This document shows positions 9,612-19,414 of a DNA stretch of 64,000 nt, one piece after another. Below the pieces are notes generated by a model. It was not told the DNA's origin. It worked only from the letters and a program-made list of their open reading frames with translations, and did no database searches. Within the stretch, counting starts at the first letter, position 1. Every line of letters begins with the position of its first letter. Source of the stretch: Reyranella sp. (GTDB lineage: Bacteria > Pseudomonadota > Alphaproteobacteria > Reyranellales > Reyranellaceae); the NCBI GenBank assembly GCA_019750135.1, contig JAIEOV010000009.1, positions 122,073 through 186,072 on the forward strand. The letters are read 5' to 3'. The translations under genes and the position numbers were made by a program.

Positions 9612-11683
9612 TTGGCGCCTTTCAGCCAGACATCGAGGGTTGCGCGCAGCTGCTCGATGCCGATCGGCTTGGTGACGAAGCCGTCCATGCCGACTGCCCG
9701 GCTGCGCTGCTCCTGGTCCTCGTGGGTGCTGGCGGTGATGGCCAGGATCGGCGTACGCGGCCGGCGCTCTGCCGCTTCGCTGGCGCGGATGCGGCGCGCC
9801 AGCTCGAAGCCGTCCATGGTCGGCATCTGCAGGTCGGCGAGCACCAGGTCGTAGCGGCCGGTGCGCCACAGCTCGAGCGCCTCCTCGCCGCCCGATGCCG
9901 AATCGGTCGTGGCGCCCGCCAGCTCGACCTGACGCGCCAGGATCTTGCGGTTGACCGAATTGTCGTCGACCACCAGGACGCGGCCGTTGAGAGGCGCCGC
10001 ACGCTGCGGCGTGATCGCCACGGCGTCGGTCGAGCGCCCCACCGCGCGGGCGACGGCGCGCACCAGCGCATCTCGGCGATAGGGCCTCGGCAGGTAGATT
10101 TCCGTGCTGGGGCTAGCGACGCGAATGCCGGCAAAACTGTTGTCCGGATAGATCCCCACTTCGGCGCCGGCATCGGCGAGATAGCGGGCAACAGCACAGG
10201 CCTCGTCGGCATCGGGCAAGGCGACCGCGAGCGACAGGCCGCGCAACGTCGGATCGATGCGGGTCGCGGGCGGCGCCTTGTCGAGCCGCACGGTGACGAT
10301 GAAGGTCGAGCCTTCGCCCGGCTGGCTCAGGACCTCGATCCCGCCCTGCATGGCCTCGGCCAGGCGGCGCACGATCGACAGGCCGAGCCCGGTGCCGCCG
10401 AAACGCCGCGTGGTCGAGCTGTCGGCCTGCACGAACGGCTGGAACAGGCGGTTGCGCTGCTCCTCGGTCAGGCCGATGCCGGTATCCGCGACCTTGATGC
10501 GCAGCCGCTTGTCGCCGCCATTCTCCAGCGACAGCCGCACCGAGCCGGTCTCGGTGAACTTGATGGCGTTGCCCAGCAGGTTGAACAGGATCTGCTGCAG
10601 GCGCAGCGGATCGCCCACCACGCGGTCGGGCACGTCGGCGCCGACATAGGCGACCAGGCTGAGGCCCTTGGCCACCGCCTGCGGCGCCAGCGTCTCGGCC
10701 GCGCCCTCGATCAGCTCGACGGTCGACAACTCGATCTGCTCGAGGTCGAGGCGGCCGGCCTCGATCTTGGAGAAGTCCAGGATGTCGTCGATGATCTTGA
10801 GCAGCGCGGATGCCGAGTAGCGCACGGTGCCGAGCGCCTCGCGCTGCTCGACCGAAAGCTCGGTGCGCTCCAGCACGTCGATCATGCCGAGAACGCCGTT
10901 CATCGGCGTGCGGATCTCGTGGCTCACGGTGGCTAGGAAGGTCGACTTGGCTTGGTTGGCGCTCTCGGCATCGCGCTGGGCGTCGATGGCGATGTCGCGC
11001 GCATGGCGCGCCTCGTCGTAGGCGACCTGCAGGCGCCGCGCGAGGTCCTCCTTCTGGTAGGCCAACGCGATGTTGTCGTACTGCCAGCGATGGACGTCGC
11101 GCACATAGGCCATGAGATGGCCGACATAGGCGCCGCCGGCGATGCCGACGAGCTGGTAGAACGGATCGACCGAGGTCAGCAGCACGAACAGCAGCGGCGC
11201 GGTGGTCGCTCCGGCGAAGGTGTAGAAGGTCGGCGGATGGGCCGAGCGGATCGGCACCGCCGTGGTGATGGTCGCCAACAGCACCAGGCCGAGCAGCATA
11301 CGCTGCAGCTCGTAGTCCTTGGAGGCGAGCAGGTAGCCCGCGACGCCCCAGCACGCGCCGGCCAGCAGCGACAAGGTGGCGAACCACCAGCCCCAGCGGA
11401 TGACCTCCTCGTCGGGCGGATTGGCACGGGCGAAGTTCTTGCGCAACACGTCGAAGCCCAGCGTCACGAAGATGTGGGCCATGAACGGGCCGGCAAGCTC
11501 GACGAGCTCGATCTGGCGCCAGTAGATCGCCGCGATCACCGGCCACAGCACGAAGGAGAAATAACGAGACTGCGCCGAGCCCTCGAACAGGCGGCGGATG
11601 AGTTCGGCGCGGACGAAGGCCTCTTGCCTTGCCGTCGCGGCTGGTTCGGCCTGGGCTACCGGCTCAGTCGCGATGACAGTCAT
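9608..11683 (-). CDS. Membrane hybrid sensor histidine kinase (TM-HisKA-HATPase-REC)
   Basis: Several N-terminal hydrophobic helices, [38 protein letters not shown]-terminal REC (VVDD, DLQMP, KP). Confidence 0.92.
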   Translation of the reverse strand: MTVIATEPVAQAEPAATARQEAFVRAELIRRLFEGSAQSRYFSFVLWPVIAAIYWRQIELVELAGPFMAHIFVTLGFDVLRKNFARANPPDEEVIRWGWWFATLSLLAGACWGVAGYLLASKDYELQRMLLGLVLLATITTAVPIRSAHPPTFYTFAGATTAPLLFVLLTSVDPFYQLVGIAGGAYVGHLMAYVRDVHRWQYDNIALAYQKEDLARRLQVAYDEARHARDIAIDAQRDAESANQAKSTFLATVSHEIRTPMNGVLGMIDVLERTELSVEQREALGTVRYSASALLKIIDDILDFSKIEAGRLDLEQIELSTVELIEGAAETLAPQAVAKGLSLVAYVGADVPDRVVGDPLRLQQILFNLLGNAIKFTETGSVRLSLENGGDKRLRIKVADTGIGLTEEQRNRLFQPFVQADSSTTRRFGGTGLGLSIVRRLAEAMQGGIEVLSQPGEGSTFIVTVRLDKAPPATRIDPTLRGLSLAVALPDADEACAVARYLADAGAEVGIYPDNSFAGIRVASPSTEIYLPRPYRRDALVRAVARAVGRSTDAVAITPQRAAPLNGRVLVVDDNSVNRKILARQVELAGATTDSASGGEEALELWRTGRYDLVLADLQMPTMDGFELARRIRASEAAERRPRTPILAITASTHEDQEQRSRAVGMDGFVTKPIGIEQLRATLDVWLKGAK

Positions 11684-11975
11684 CGTCCTTCGTCCGCGCC
11701 GAGGCGCGGCGGCCCAGTTCGTCTCCCTTGCCCGTGCGCCGATCGGCTGACCGACGTTGCCTCGCGGCAACGACGATCCCCAAGAGAGTCCGGATCGCTG
11801 GAACTAGGGATAGAGACGAGCCCGGGTCGCGGCTCTAAGGGTGGGAAAGACATGTGTTACGCCTGTGGCGAATAAGGCGAAGAACTGTATCAAATATATC
11901 AAGAAACGACTATATATCGTTGAAAAATCATGGTATTTTGTCCGGATTAGAGAAACATTTATTCCGGATCAAGTC

Positions 11976-12683
11976 ATGCTGCAACCCTCCATTCTCCTGG
12001 TCGAGGACGACGCGTTTCAGCGCAAGGCGGCCGAGACCTACCTGATGAACCACGACCTCAAGGTCATCGCCGTGGAGAACGGCGCGCAGATGCGCCGGCA
12101 GATCTCGCGCGCCATGCCCGACCTCGTCCTGCTCGACGTACAGCTGCCCGGCCAGGAGGACGGTTTCGCCCTGGCCCGCTGGCTGCGCGAAAGCAACACC
12201 AAGGTCGGCATCATCATGCTGACCGCCGCGGGCGATTCGGTGGACAAGGTGCTGGGGCTGGAGAGCGGCGCCGACGACTATGTCGCCAAGCCCTACGAAC
12301 CGCGCGAGCTTCTCGCCCGCTGCAAGAGCGTGCTGCGCCGCTCGGCCAACAAGTCGACGCCGTCGCTGCTGGAGCGCGTGCGGATGGGCCAACACACGCT
12401 CGACCTGCCCAAGCGGCAGCTGCTCGACCAGGGCGGCAAGGACGTGGCCCTGACCTCGGGCGAGTTCGACATCCTGAAGACCTTCGCCGAGAACCCCAAC
12501 CGTCCACTGTCGCGCGACTGGCTGCTGGAGACGACCAGCCATCGGAGCCGCGACCCGTTCGACCGCGCGATCGACCTCCGCATCACCCGCATCCGCCGCA
12601 AGATCGAGCCGACGCCCGACAAGCCCACCGTCATTCGCACAGTGCGCGGCATCGGCTATATGTTCGTGCCGCCGGCCGAATAG
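11976..12683 (+). CDS. OmpR/PhoB family response regulator
   Basis: LLVEDD, LLDVQLP, GADDYVAKP; winged helix DRAIDLRITRIRRKIE...RTVRGIGY. Confidence 0.92.
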   Translation: MLQPSILLVEDDAFQRKAAETYLMNHDLKVIAVENGAQMRRQISRAMPDLVLLDVQLPGQEDGFALARWLRESNTKVGIIMLTAAGDSVDKVLGLESGADDYVAKPYEPRELLARCKSVLRRSANKSTPSLLERVRMGQHTLDLPKRQLLDQGGKDVALTSGEFDILKTFAENPNRPLSRDWLLETTSHRSRDPFDRAIDLRITRIRRKIEPTPDKPTVIRTVRGIGYMFVPPAE

Positions 12684-12710
12684 TGCGTTAGAAACGCGGG
12701 CCTAGGGGAC

Positions 12711-12783
12711 GGGCCCGTAGTTCAGTGGTTAGAACGAGCCGCTCATAACGGTTATGTCGCAGGTTCGAATCCTGCCGGGCCTA
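12711..12783 (+). tRNA. tRNA with CAT anticodon, most likely tRNA-Ile2 (lysidine-modified); CCA not encoded
   Basis: Acceptor GGGCCCG/CGGGCCT + A73, anticodon arm AGCCG-CTCATAA-CGGTT (CAT 12744-12746), T loop GGTTCGAATCC. The GGGCC start resembles proteobacterial Ile2 rather than initiator or elongator Met. Confidence 0.9.
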
Positions 12784-12872
12784 CCCTCCTACGCGCTTCG
12801 CGCTACGGAGGGCGAGCCCTCCGGAGCCTTGGTGTAGGCGGGCTCGCCCGCCGAAGCTTTAGCGTAGGCGGG
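12784..12872. repeat. Three tandem GC hairpin units abutting the tRNA 3' end
   Basis: CCCTCCTACGCGCTTCGCGCTACGGAGGG (inverted copy), CCCTCCGGAGCCTTGGTGTAGGCGGG and CCCGCCGAAGCTTTAGCGTAGGCGGG share CCCnCCGnAGC...GyGTAGGnGGG. Confidence 0.7.
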
Positions 12873-12969
12873 TGCACGGCGACTGCATCCCGCGGACATG
12901 CATTCCTGCACGTTGCCGCCCCACACGCCCCGCGTGTATTTTCCCCGGGTTCTTCTGGGGAGAAGACGC

Positions 12970-14595
12970 ATGCCCGGCAAAATCAGCTTCTTCTACGCCA
13001 TCTACCGGCGGCTGCAGGCGTCGGCCGGCGGCATGTCCATCCAGGACGCCGAGCACTTCAACGTCGACAATTCCGACGATCTCGGCGGCGGCTTCAGCCT
13101 CAAGGAGACCACCGGCCCCTACGGGCTGTTCGGCAGCCTGTCGCCGGCGGCACCGAATTTCGGCATCGGGCTGCAGGCGGGCTGGAAGCCGCTCAACCCC
13201 AACAGCAACGTGCCGTTGGAAAATCCATTGTATGCGATGCTGGCCAAGTCGCTCGATCCCGACGGCACGGTGCCCGATAGCGTCACGGTGGCGGGCCAGG
13301 TCTGGCCGGTGATGCCGCCGCCCTTCCAGGGCAGCATTTCCAATCACACCGAATGGCTGGAATTCAACGCCGGCTCGCCAAAGCTGATCGATGCCTTCGG
13401 CCAGTGGATCAAGGACGGCAAGGTCGACGATTCGCCCAAGAACGCGCCGCTCACCTATGCCGCCCTTCGGGCGCTGCCCAAGCCCGCGGCCTTCCCGCTC
13501 CACGTCAAGCCGCCGAACCAGGAGTCCCTGCCCATCCTGTTCGTGGCGTCGATGGCGGGCGACGACGGACGGAGGCACGGCGACCATGCCATGCCCGACG
13601 TGCCGCTGGATCACGTGCCGCCGCATTTCTGGGCGACCTCGCGGATCTTGCTGTGCGACGAGACAGGCGCCACGGTGCACCCCGCCACGCTCGAGGCGGG
13701 CCAGGAGTTTTCCGTCGTGGCAATGATCGGCAACAGCGGCAACTCGCCGGCCGGGCGCCTCTTCGACAACAACCAGCCCAGGATCCACCTGTTGGGCGCC
13801 GCGCTCGCCTTCAACACCTTCATGAGCCCGGGCACGTATCTGCCGTCGCTCGCCAATCTCGATCCCGCGGCGCTGGGCTCGCAATACGAGCACTACGGGA
13901 TAAGGTCCCTGGGCTACGACACCGCGGCCTGGCGTTTCAACGTCGACAAGGTGTTCTCCGGCCTCAAGACGGGACTGGTCAATGCCGGCGTCGATCTCGG
14001 CGGCGCGACGCCCGAGGAATGGCTGAAGAACGGCCACCCTTGCGTGAAGATCTGGATCACCGAGGGCGAGCCGGTGAACATGTACCAGCCGGGCGGCGGC
14101 GAGCCGGCGGCGACCACGATCAATTCCAAGCCGCGGCTCGACCGCCACATCGCGCAGCGCAACCTCGCCCCCTTCGACATGACGGTGATGGCGGCGAAGA
14201 AGATCGACTGGAAGAATTTCATCGTCGCCCAGGCAGGCGAGGGGACGAACACGCTGACGCTGCAGCATGCGTTGCCGCCGGGCAGCGTTCGTTTCTACCT
14301 GGCGGTGCCGAAGAAGACTTTCGAGCGTCATGCCAGCAAAGGGCTGCGCGGCTGGTCAGCCGTGGACAAGGTCGTCAACAAGCCGTTCCCCGATGCGGTG
14401 CTCCTGCAGGCGACGGGCTCCGGCGCCACCGTCCAGGTGGCGGCGCATGGCAGCGAACCGTTTCTCGGCATGTCGCTGGGCATCGAAGGCGATCCGTCGA
14501 CGTTCAAGACGGTGCGGTCAAGTGACGTTGCGATGGTCCATGCCGATCACAACGGCACGGTCATCGGAGGATTCACGCTGCGGGTGCGGTCCTAA
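12970..14595 (+). CDS. Hypothetical protein (541 aa)
   Basis: Long ORF with strong GC3 bias and GGGAG upstream of ATG 12970; no family recognised. Confidence 0.8.
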   Translation: MPGKISFFYAIYRRLQASAGGMSIQDAEHFNVDNSDDLGGGFSLKETTGPYGLFGSLSPAAPNFGIGLQAGWKPLNPNSNVPLENPLYAMLAKSLDPDGTVPDSVTVAGQVWPVMPPPFQGSISNHTEWLEFNAGSPKLIDAFGQWIKDGKVDDSPKNAPLTYAALRALPKPAAFPLHVKPPNQESLPILFVASMAGDDGRRHGDHAMPDVPLDHVPPHFWATSRILLCDETGATVHPATLEAGQEFSVVAMIGNSGNSPAGRLFDNNQPRIHLLGAALAFNTFMSPGTYLPSLANLDPAALGSQYEHYGIRSLGYDTAAWRFNVDKVFSGLKTGLVNAGVDLGGATPEEWLKNGHPCVKIWITEGEPVNMYQPGGGEPAATTINSKPRLDRHIAQRNLAPFDMTVMAAKKIDWKNFIVAQAGEGTNTLTLQHALPPGSVRFYLAVPKKTFERHASKGLRGWSAVDKVVNKPFPDAVLLQATGSGATVQVAAHGSEPFLGMSLGIEGDPSTFKTVRSSDVAMVHADHNGTVIGGFTLRVRS

Positions 14596-14712
14596 GTCAA
14601 ACGCCGCCGGACCATACGAAGGTTTGCCGGCGCCACACCAGCGCATCGATTGTTGGGACAGGCCCCGATCTTATCCTGGCGGTAACAGTCAGGAACTCGG
14701 GGAGCTTGTGCC

Positions 14713-15870
14713 ATGTTGTCGAACGTACAGTTGGAACGCCTTCGGCTGCGGAGGAAAGCCGGCGACGAGCGGCCGTCGATCGCCACGACCGCGATCGAGC
14801 AACCCCATGGACTCCTGCGCCGGCATCCGCTCGCAAGCGCCATCGGCGCGGTCGCCCTGCTCCTGACAGCCGCTGCCGGCGACGTCTACTGGGACTACGA
14901 CGGGCATTTCCAGACGACCGACGACGCCTTCATCGCTGCCCGCCAGTTCGCCGTGGCGCCCAAGGTGGCGGGCTACCTGACCGCCGTTCCGGTCACCGAC
15001 AACCAGCATGTTGCGACCGGCGACGTGATCGCCCGCATCGACGATCGCGATTATCGCGTGGCGCTGGCGAACGCCGAGGCGCTGGTCGCCGCCGCACAGG
15101 CCGGCATCCAGGACATCGACGCCCAGACGGACGTGCAGAAGGCCCAGGTCGCCTCCGCCCAGGCGCAGCTCGAGCAGAACCAGTCGAAGCTCGTCTATGC
15201 ACAGCAGCAGGCCGAGCGCTACGGCACGCTGACCAAGGAGGGCTGGTCCAGCCAGCAGACCGGTGAGCTGGCCGAGGCGGAGCTCTACCAGCAGCGCGCC
15301 GCCGTCAGCAGCTCCCAGGCCAGCCTGACGGTGGCCCAGCGCCAGTTCGAGGCGCTGACCGCGCAACGCGCCACCGCCGTAGCGCGCCTGCAGCAGGCCG
15401 AAGCCCAGCGCGACCAGGCCAGGCTCAATCTCTCCTATACGACGGTGACGGCGGCCCAGCCCGGACGCGTCGTCCAGCTCGGCGCCGCGGTCGGCCAGTA
15501 CGCCCAGGCCGGCACCGCGCTCAGCATGTTCGTGCCCGACGAGATCTGGGTGGTCGCGAACTTCAAGGAGACGCAGCTCGACGCCATGCGGCCCGGCGAG
15601 CCGGTGACGCTCGCGATCGACGCCTATCCGGGGCGCACGGTCGTGGGCCACGTCGCCAGCGTCCAGCCGGGATCGGGCACCGCCTTCTCGCTGCTGCCGG
15701 CCGAGAACGCCACGGGCAACTACGTCAAGATCGTCCAGCGCGTGCCGGTCAAGGTCGTGATCGACAATCCGCCGGCCGACGTCGCGCTGGGACCGGGCAT
15801 GTCGGTCGAACCCACGGTGCGCATCGACGCCTCGCCGTCGCTCTTCGAGCGCCTGCGGAGCCGGCTGTGA
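14713..15870 (+). CDS. HlyD/EmrA family efflux membrane fusion protein
   Basis: TDDAF, coiled coil, ANFKETQL, FSLLPAENATGNYVKIVQRVPV; start uncertain. Confidence 0.9.
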   Translation: MLSNVQLERLRLRRKAGDERPSIATTAIEQPHGLLRRHPLASAIGAVALLLTAAAGDVYWDYDGHFQTTDDAFIAARQFAVAPKVAGYLTAVPVTDNQHVATGDVIARIDDRDYRVALANAEALVAAAQAGIQDIDAQTDVQKAQVASAQAQLEQNQSKLVYAQQQAERYGTLTKEGWSSQQTGELAEAELYQQRAAVSSSQASLTVAQRQFEALTAQRATAVARLQQAEAQRDQARLNLSYTTVTAAQPGRVVQLGAAVGQYAQAGTALSMFVPDEIWVVANFKETQLDAMRPGEPVTLAIDAYPGRTVVGHVASVQPGSGTAFSLLPAENATGNYVKIVQRVPVKVVIDNPPADVALGPGMSVEPTVRIDASPSLFERLRSRL

Positions 15871-17432
15871 AAAGCGGTCCCAATCCCTGGCTGATCGCGG
15901 TGCTGGTGGCGGTGGCGGCCTTCATGGAAGTGCTAGACACCACCATCGCCAACGTCGCCCTGCCCTACATCGCGGGCGGCCTCGGCGTCAGCGAGGACGA
16001 GGCGTCGTGGGTGGTGACGACCTACCTGGTCGCCAACGCCATTGCGCTGACCGCCTCGAGCTTCCTGGTGCGGCGCATCGGCCGCAAGACGTTCTTCCTC
16101 GCCTGCCTCGGCCTGTTCACCGTGAGCTCGGTGCTGTGCGCGTTCGCCTGGAACCTGCAGGCGCTGCTGCTGTTTCGCATCCTGCAGGGCCTGGCCGGCG
16201 GCGGCATGGTGCCGGTCTCGCAGTCGATCCTGGCCGGCGCCTTCCCGGCCGAGAAGCGCGGCCAGGGCTTTGCGCTGTTCGGCGTCGCCGTCGTGGTGGC
16301 GCCCGTGGTCGGCCCGACCTTGGGCGGCTGGCTGTCCGACAACGTCTCCTGGCACTGGTGCTTCGCGATCAACGGCCCGGTCGGCGTCCTGGCGATGGTG
16401 GCGATCGCGCTGGTGCTGCGCGAGTCGCAGGCCGAGATCGAGCAACGCCGGCAATTGCGCCGGACCGACGGCGGATTCGATCTCGTTGGCTTCGTGCTGG
16501 TTGCGACTTTCCTGAGCGCCCTTGAGTTGATGTGCGATCGCGGACTCGAGGACGACTGGTTCGGCTCGACCTTCATCGTCACCGTCGCCGCCATCTGCGG
16601 CGTGGCCTTCGTGGCCATGGTCCCGTGGCTGCTCAGTCGCCGCAATCCGGCGCTCGAGCTGCGGCTGGTGATGACACGCCAGTTCGGGGCGTGCTTCCTG
16701 GTCATGCTGATGACGGGCGCCATCCTGCTCGCAACGACGCAGTTCCTGCCCCTCCTCGTCCAGCAGGACCTCGGTTACACGGCGACCTGGGCCGGCCTCA
16801 TCCTGTCGCCCGGCGGGCTGGTCACCATGGCCATGATGTTCATCACGGGCCGCCTGCTCACCATGGTCCAGCCTAAGTATCTGATCGTCGCCGGCGCGTC
16901 GTTCATCGCGCTCTCGATGTACAGCCTGACCGCGATCTACGGCGACGTCGGCTTCTGGTATCTCGCGCAGTCGCGCATGCTGCTGGGCATCGGACTGCCG
17001 CTCATCTTCCTATCGATCACGGCCGCCTCGTACGACGGCATTCCAGCCGACAAGATCGACCAGGCCTCGGCTCTGATCAACGTCGCCCGCAATACCGGCA
17101 GCTCGCTGGGCGTCGCGCTGATCTCCAATGTGCTGACGGATCGTGCGCAGTTTCATCAAAGCCGGCTGATCGAGCATGCGATCCCTTCGAGCCCCGCGTA
17201 CCAGGAGACAGTGCGTCAGATGACCGACTACTTCGTCCGACACGGCAGCCTGGCCGCCGAGGCGCAGCAGCAGGTCATCGCCTGGATCGGGCAGCAGGTG
17301 CAGGCCCAGGCATCGTTCCTGGGCTACATGGATGCCTTCTGGGTGCTGATGCTGCTGGCGCTGTCGGCCGTGCCGCTGGCCCTTGCCTTGCGCAAGGTCA
17401 AGCTCGGCGGTGGCGCGCCGGCAGCGCACTAG
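15867..17432 (+). CDS. DHA2 (EmrB/QacA) MFS efflux permease
   Basis: FMEVLDTTIANVALP, WVVTTYLVANAI, GPTLGGW; GTGA coupling to the emrA-like gene. Confidence 0.92.
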   Translation: MKSGPNPWLIAVLVAVAAFMEVLDTTIANVALPYIAGGLGVSEDEASWVVTTYLVANAIALTASSFLVRRIGRKTFFLACLGLFTVSSVLCAFAWNLQALLLFRILQGLAGGGMVPVSQSILAGAFPAEKRGQGFALFGVAVVVAPVVGPTLGGWLSDNVSWHWCFAINGPVGVLAMVAIALVLRESQAEIEQRRQLRRTDGGFDLVGFVLVATFLSALELMCDRGLEDDWFGSTFIVTVAAICGVAFVAMVPWLLSRRNPALELRLVMTRQFGACFLVMLMTGAILLATTQFLPLLVQQDLGYTATWAGLILSPGGLVTMAMMFITGRLLTMVQPKYLIVAGASFIALSMYSLTAIYGDVGFWYLAQSRMLLGIGLPLIFLSITAASYDGIPADKIDQASALINVARNTGSSLGVALISNVLTDRAQFHQSRLIEHAIPSSPAYQETVRQMTDYFVRHGSLAAEAQQQVIAWIGQQVQAQASFLGYMDAFWVLMLLALSAVPLALALRKVKLGGGAPAAH

Positions 17433-17447
17433 CCTATTGTCCGCTGC

Positions 17448-18374
17448 ATGACCATCGACAGCGAGACCGCCGGCATCAAGGGCGTGGCGTTCATGGACGG
17501 GCGGTGGATGCCGCTGGCCGAAGCATCCGTCCCCATCCTCGACCGCGGCTTCGTGCGCTCGGACGCCACCTACGACGTCGCCCATGTCTGGAAGGGCCGC
17601 TTCTTCCGACTGATGGACCATGTCGAACGCTTCCAGGCGTCGATGGTGGGCCTCCGGATGTCGCTGCCCTACTCCGCCCAGCAGCTCGCCGACATCATGA
17701 TCGAATGCGCCAGCCGCTCGGGCCTGCGCGACGCCTACGTCCAGGTCACCTGCACGCGCGGCCTGCCGCCGCCCGGCACGCGCGATCCCCGGCTGTGCCG
17801 CAACCGGCTCTACGCCTTCGCCCAGCCGTTCGTGTGGATCGCCGACGAGGCCCAGCGACGCGAGGGCCTGCGCATGGTGCTGTCACGAACCCAACGCATC
17901 CCGCCGGAATCGCTCGACCAGCGCATCAAGAACTTCCACTGGCTCGACCTCACCATGGGCATCTTCGAGGCCTACGACCGCGACGCCACGGTCGCGATCC
18001 TGCCGGCGGCCGACGGCACCATCACCGAAGGGCCGGGCTTCAATGTCTTCACCATCAAGGACGGCGTGCTGGCGACGCCGGCGCGCGGCCTGTTCGAGGG
18101 CATCACGCGCCGCACCGTGATCGAGATCGCCCGCGACCTGCAATTGCGCTGCGAGGTGCGCGCCGTCCACGCCAAGGAGGTGGAGGAGGCGAGCGAGATC
18201 TTCGTCAGCAGCACCGCGGGCGGCATCATGCCGGTCACCCGCTACGAGGGCCGGCCGGTCGGCGACGGACAGCCGGGTCCGCTCACGCGGCGCATCGAGG
18301 AACTCTATTGGCGCCGCCACGAGGACGACGCCTGGTGCACGCCGGTACCTTACGCCGATCAGGCCGCCTCGTAG
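17448..18374 (+). CDS. PLP fold-type IV aminotransferase, probable (R)-selective amine transaminase
   Basis: DRGFVRSDATYDVAHVW, DAYVQ, KNFHWLDL, EGPGFN, EGITR, STAGG. Confidence 0.85.
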   Translation: MTIDSETAGIKGVAFMDGRWMPLAEASVPILDRGFVRSDATYDVAHVWKGRFFRLMDHVERFQASMVGLRMSLPYSAQQLADIMIECASRSGLRDAYVQVTCTRGLPPPGTRDPRLCRNRLYAFAQPFVWIADEAQRREGLRMVLSRTQRIPPESLDQRIKNFHWLDLTMGIFEAYDRDATVAILPAADGTITEGPGFNVFTIKDGVLATPARGLFEGITRRTVIEIARDLQLRCEVRAVHAKEVEEASEIFVSSTAGGIMPVTRYEGRPVGDGQPGPLTRRIEELYWRRHEDDAWCTPVPYADQAAS

Positions 18375-19318
18375 AGGGCCTCGCCGTGCGGCGGTCGCGG
18401 CATCGGCGTCGTCGGCAACACGGCGACCGGCGGTGGCCGGAAGCAGGCCGCGTAGGCGCTGTCGATGATGGCGAGCTTCACCGCCTGGGCCATCGCGTAT
18501 TCGCGGCGGAAGCCCGCCGATACCCACATCACCGATTCGCCGCGCTTGCCCAGCCAGCCGATGCTGCCCAGCGCTTCGGCGTCCCTGAGCTTGCGCGACA
18601 GGTGGGTGCGCGACAGGTTCAGCCGTTGCGCCATGACGGCAATCGATGCGATGGAGGTCGGAACGCGCTCGGCCTCGGCGTCGGTCTCCTCGATGCCGGC
18701 GATCAGCCAGTCCATGATCACGCCGCCGTTGTTCAGCCACGTGAACAGCGAGAAGGTCCGCTCCGGCTCGCGCACGCCGGCCGACGACAGCAGCCCGTCG
18801 GCGATGCCGGGATGCAGCGCGGCCATCGCGCCGGGTGTGCTGAGATACGTATCCAGGCGCCCGCCGTGGTCGAGCCGATCGAGCGTCGCGAGGTGCATGG
18901 CGATCCAGCCGTGCAGTGCGTCGAGGCTGATCGGAGCCGGTTCGAACGGGCGCGTGCGCTTGTCAGCGGCACCCGGCACGTAACGGGCAAAGCCGTACTT
19001 CAGCATTTCCTTCAGGAAGGCATCCGCCGTGTTGCGGCTGGCAACGCCATGCCGTGAGACGGCGTCGAGGACCTGGGCGGTGCTGATGCCGCCGCCCTTG
19101 CCCGACGAGAAGCTGCGGAAGTACAGGGCGAACGCCACCTGCCCCATCAGCCAGCGATGCTGCGAGCCGAACACCGATGAGAGCCTGGGATTGCCGTCGT
19201 AGGTCTGCTGCATGACCCGGCACTGCAGGCGGATGGCCGAGTGCAGGCCGGGATGACCGGCAATATCCTCGGACGTCAGCGCGATGTGGACGGCCTCGCT
19301 CGATTTCGACGTTCCCAT
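18359..19318 (-). CDS. Hypothetical protein with two HTH-like segments
   Basis: Good codon bias; ASRNTADAFLKEM and AQRLNLSRTHLSRKL segments. Confidence 0.7.
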   Translation of the reverse strand: MGTSKSSEAVHIALTSEDIAGHPGLHSAIRLQCRVMQQTYDGNPRLSSVFGSQHRWLMGQVAFALYFRSFSSGKGGGISTAQVLDAVSRHGVASRNTADAFLKEMLKYGFARYVPGAADKRTRPFEPAPISLDALHGWIAMHLATLDRLDHGGRLDTYLSTPGAMAALHPGIADGLLSSAGVREPERTFSLFTWLNNGGVIMDWLIAGIEETDAEAERVPTSIASIAVMAQRLNLSRTHLSRKLRDAEALGSIGWLGKRGESVMWVSAGFRREYAMAQAVKLAIIDSAYAACFRPPPVAVLPTTPMPRPPHGEALYEAA

Positions 19319-19414
19319 CGCTTCGAACCGGAGTTAGAGCCTATGTCACAGGGGCCCGAAGACCCCCCCATCCCCATAGGAGAGGACTTCTCACATTTCT
19401 CAGTTTTGTGCAAT

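Noticed and set aside
12711-12783. Assignment as tRNA-Met
   Set aside because: No C1:A72 mismatch or three consecutive G-C anticodon-stem pairs of initiator tRNA; the acceptor stem fits Ile2 better, though elongator Met is not strictly excluded without a covariance model.
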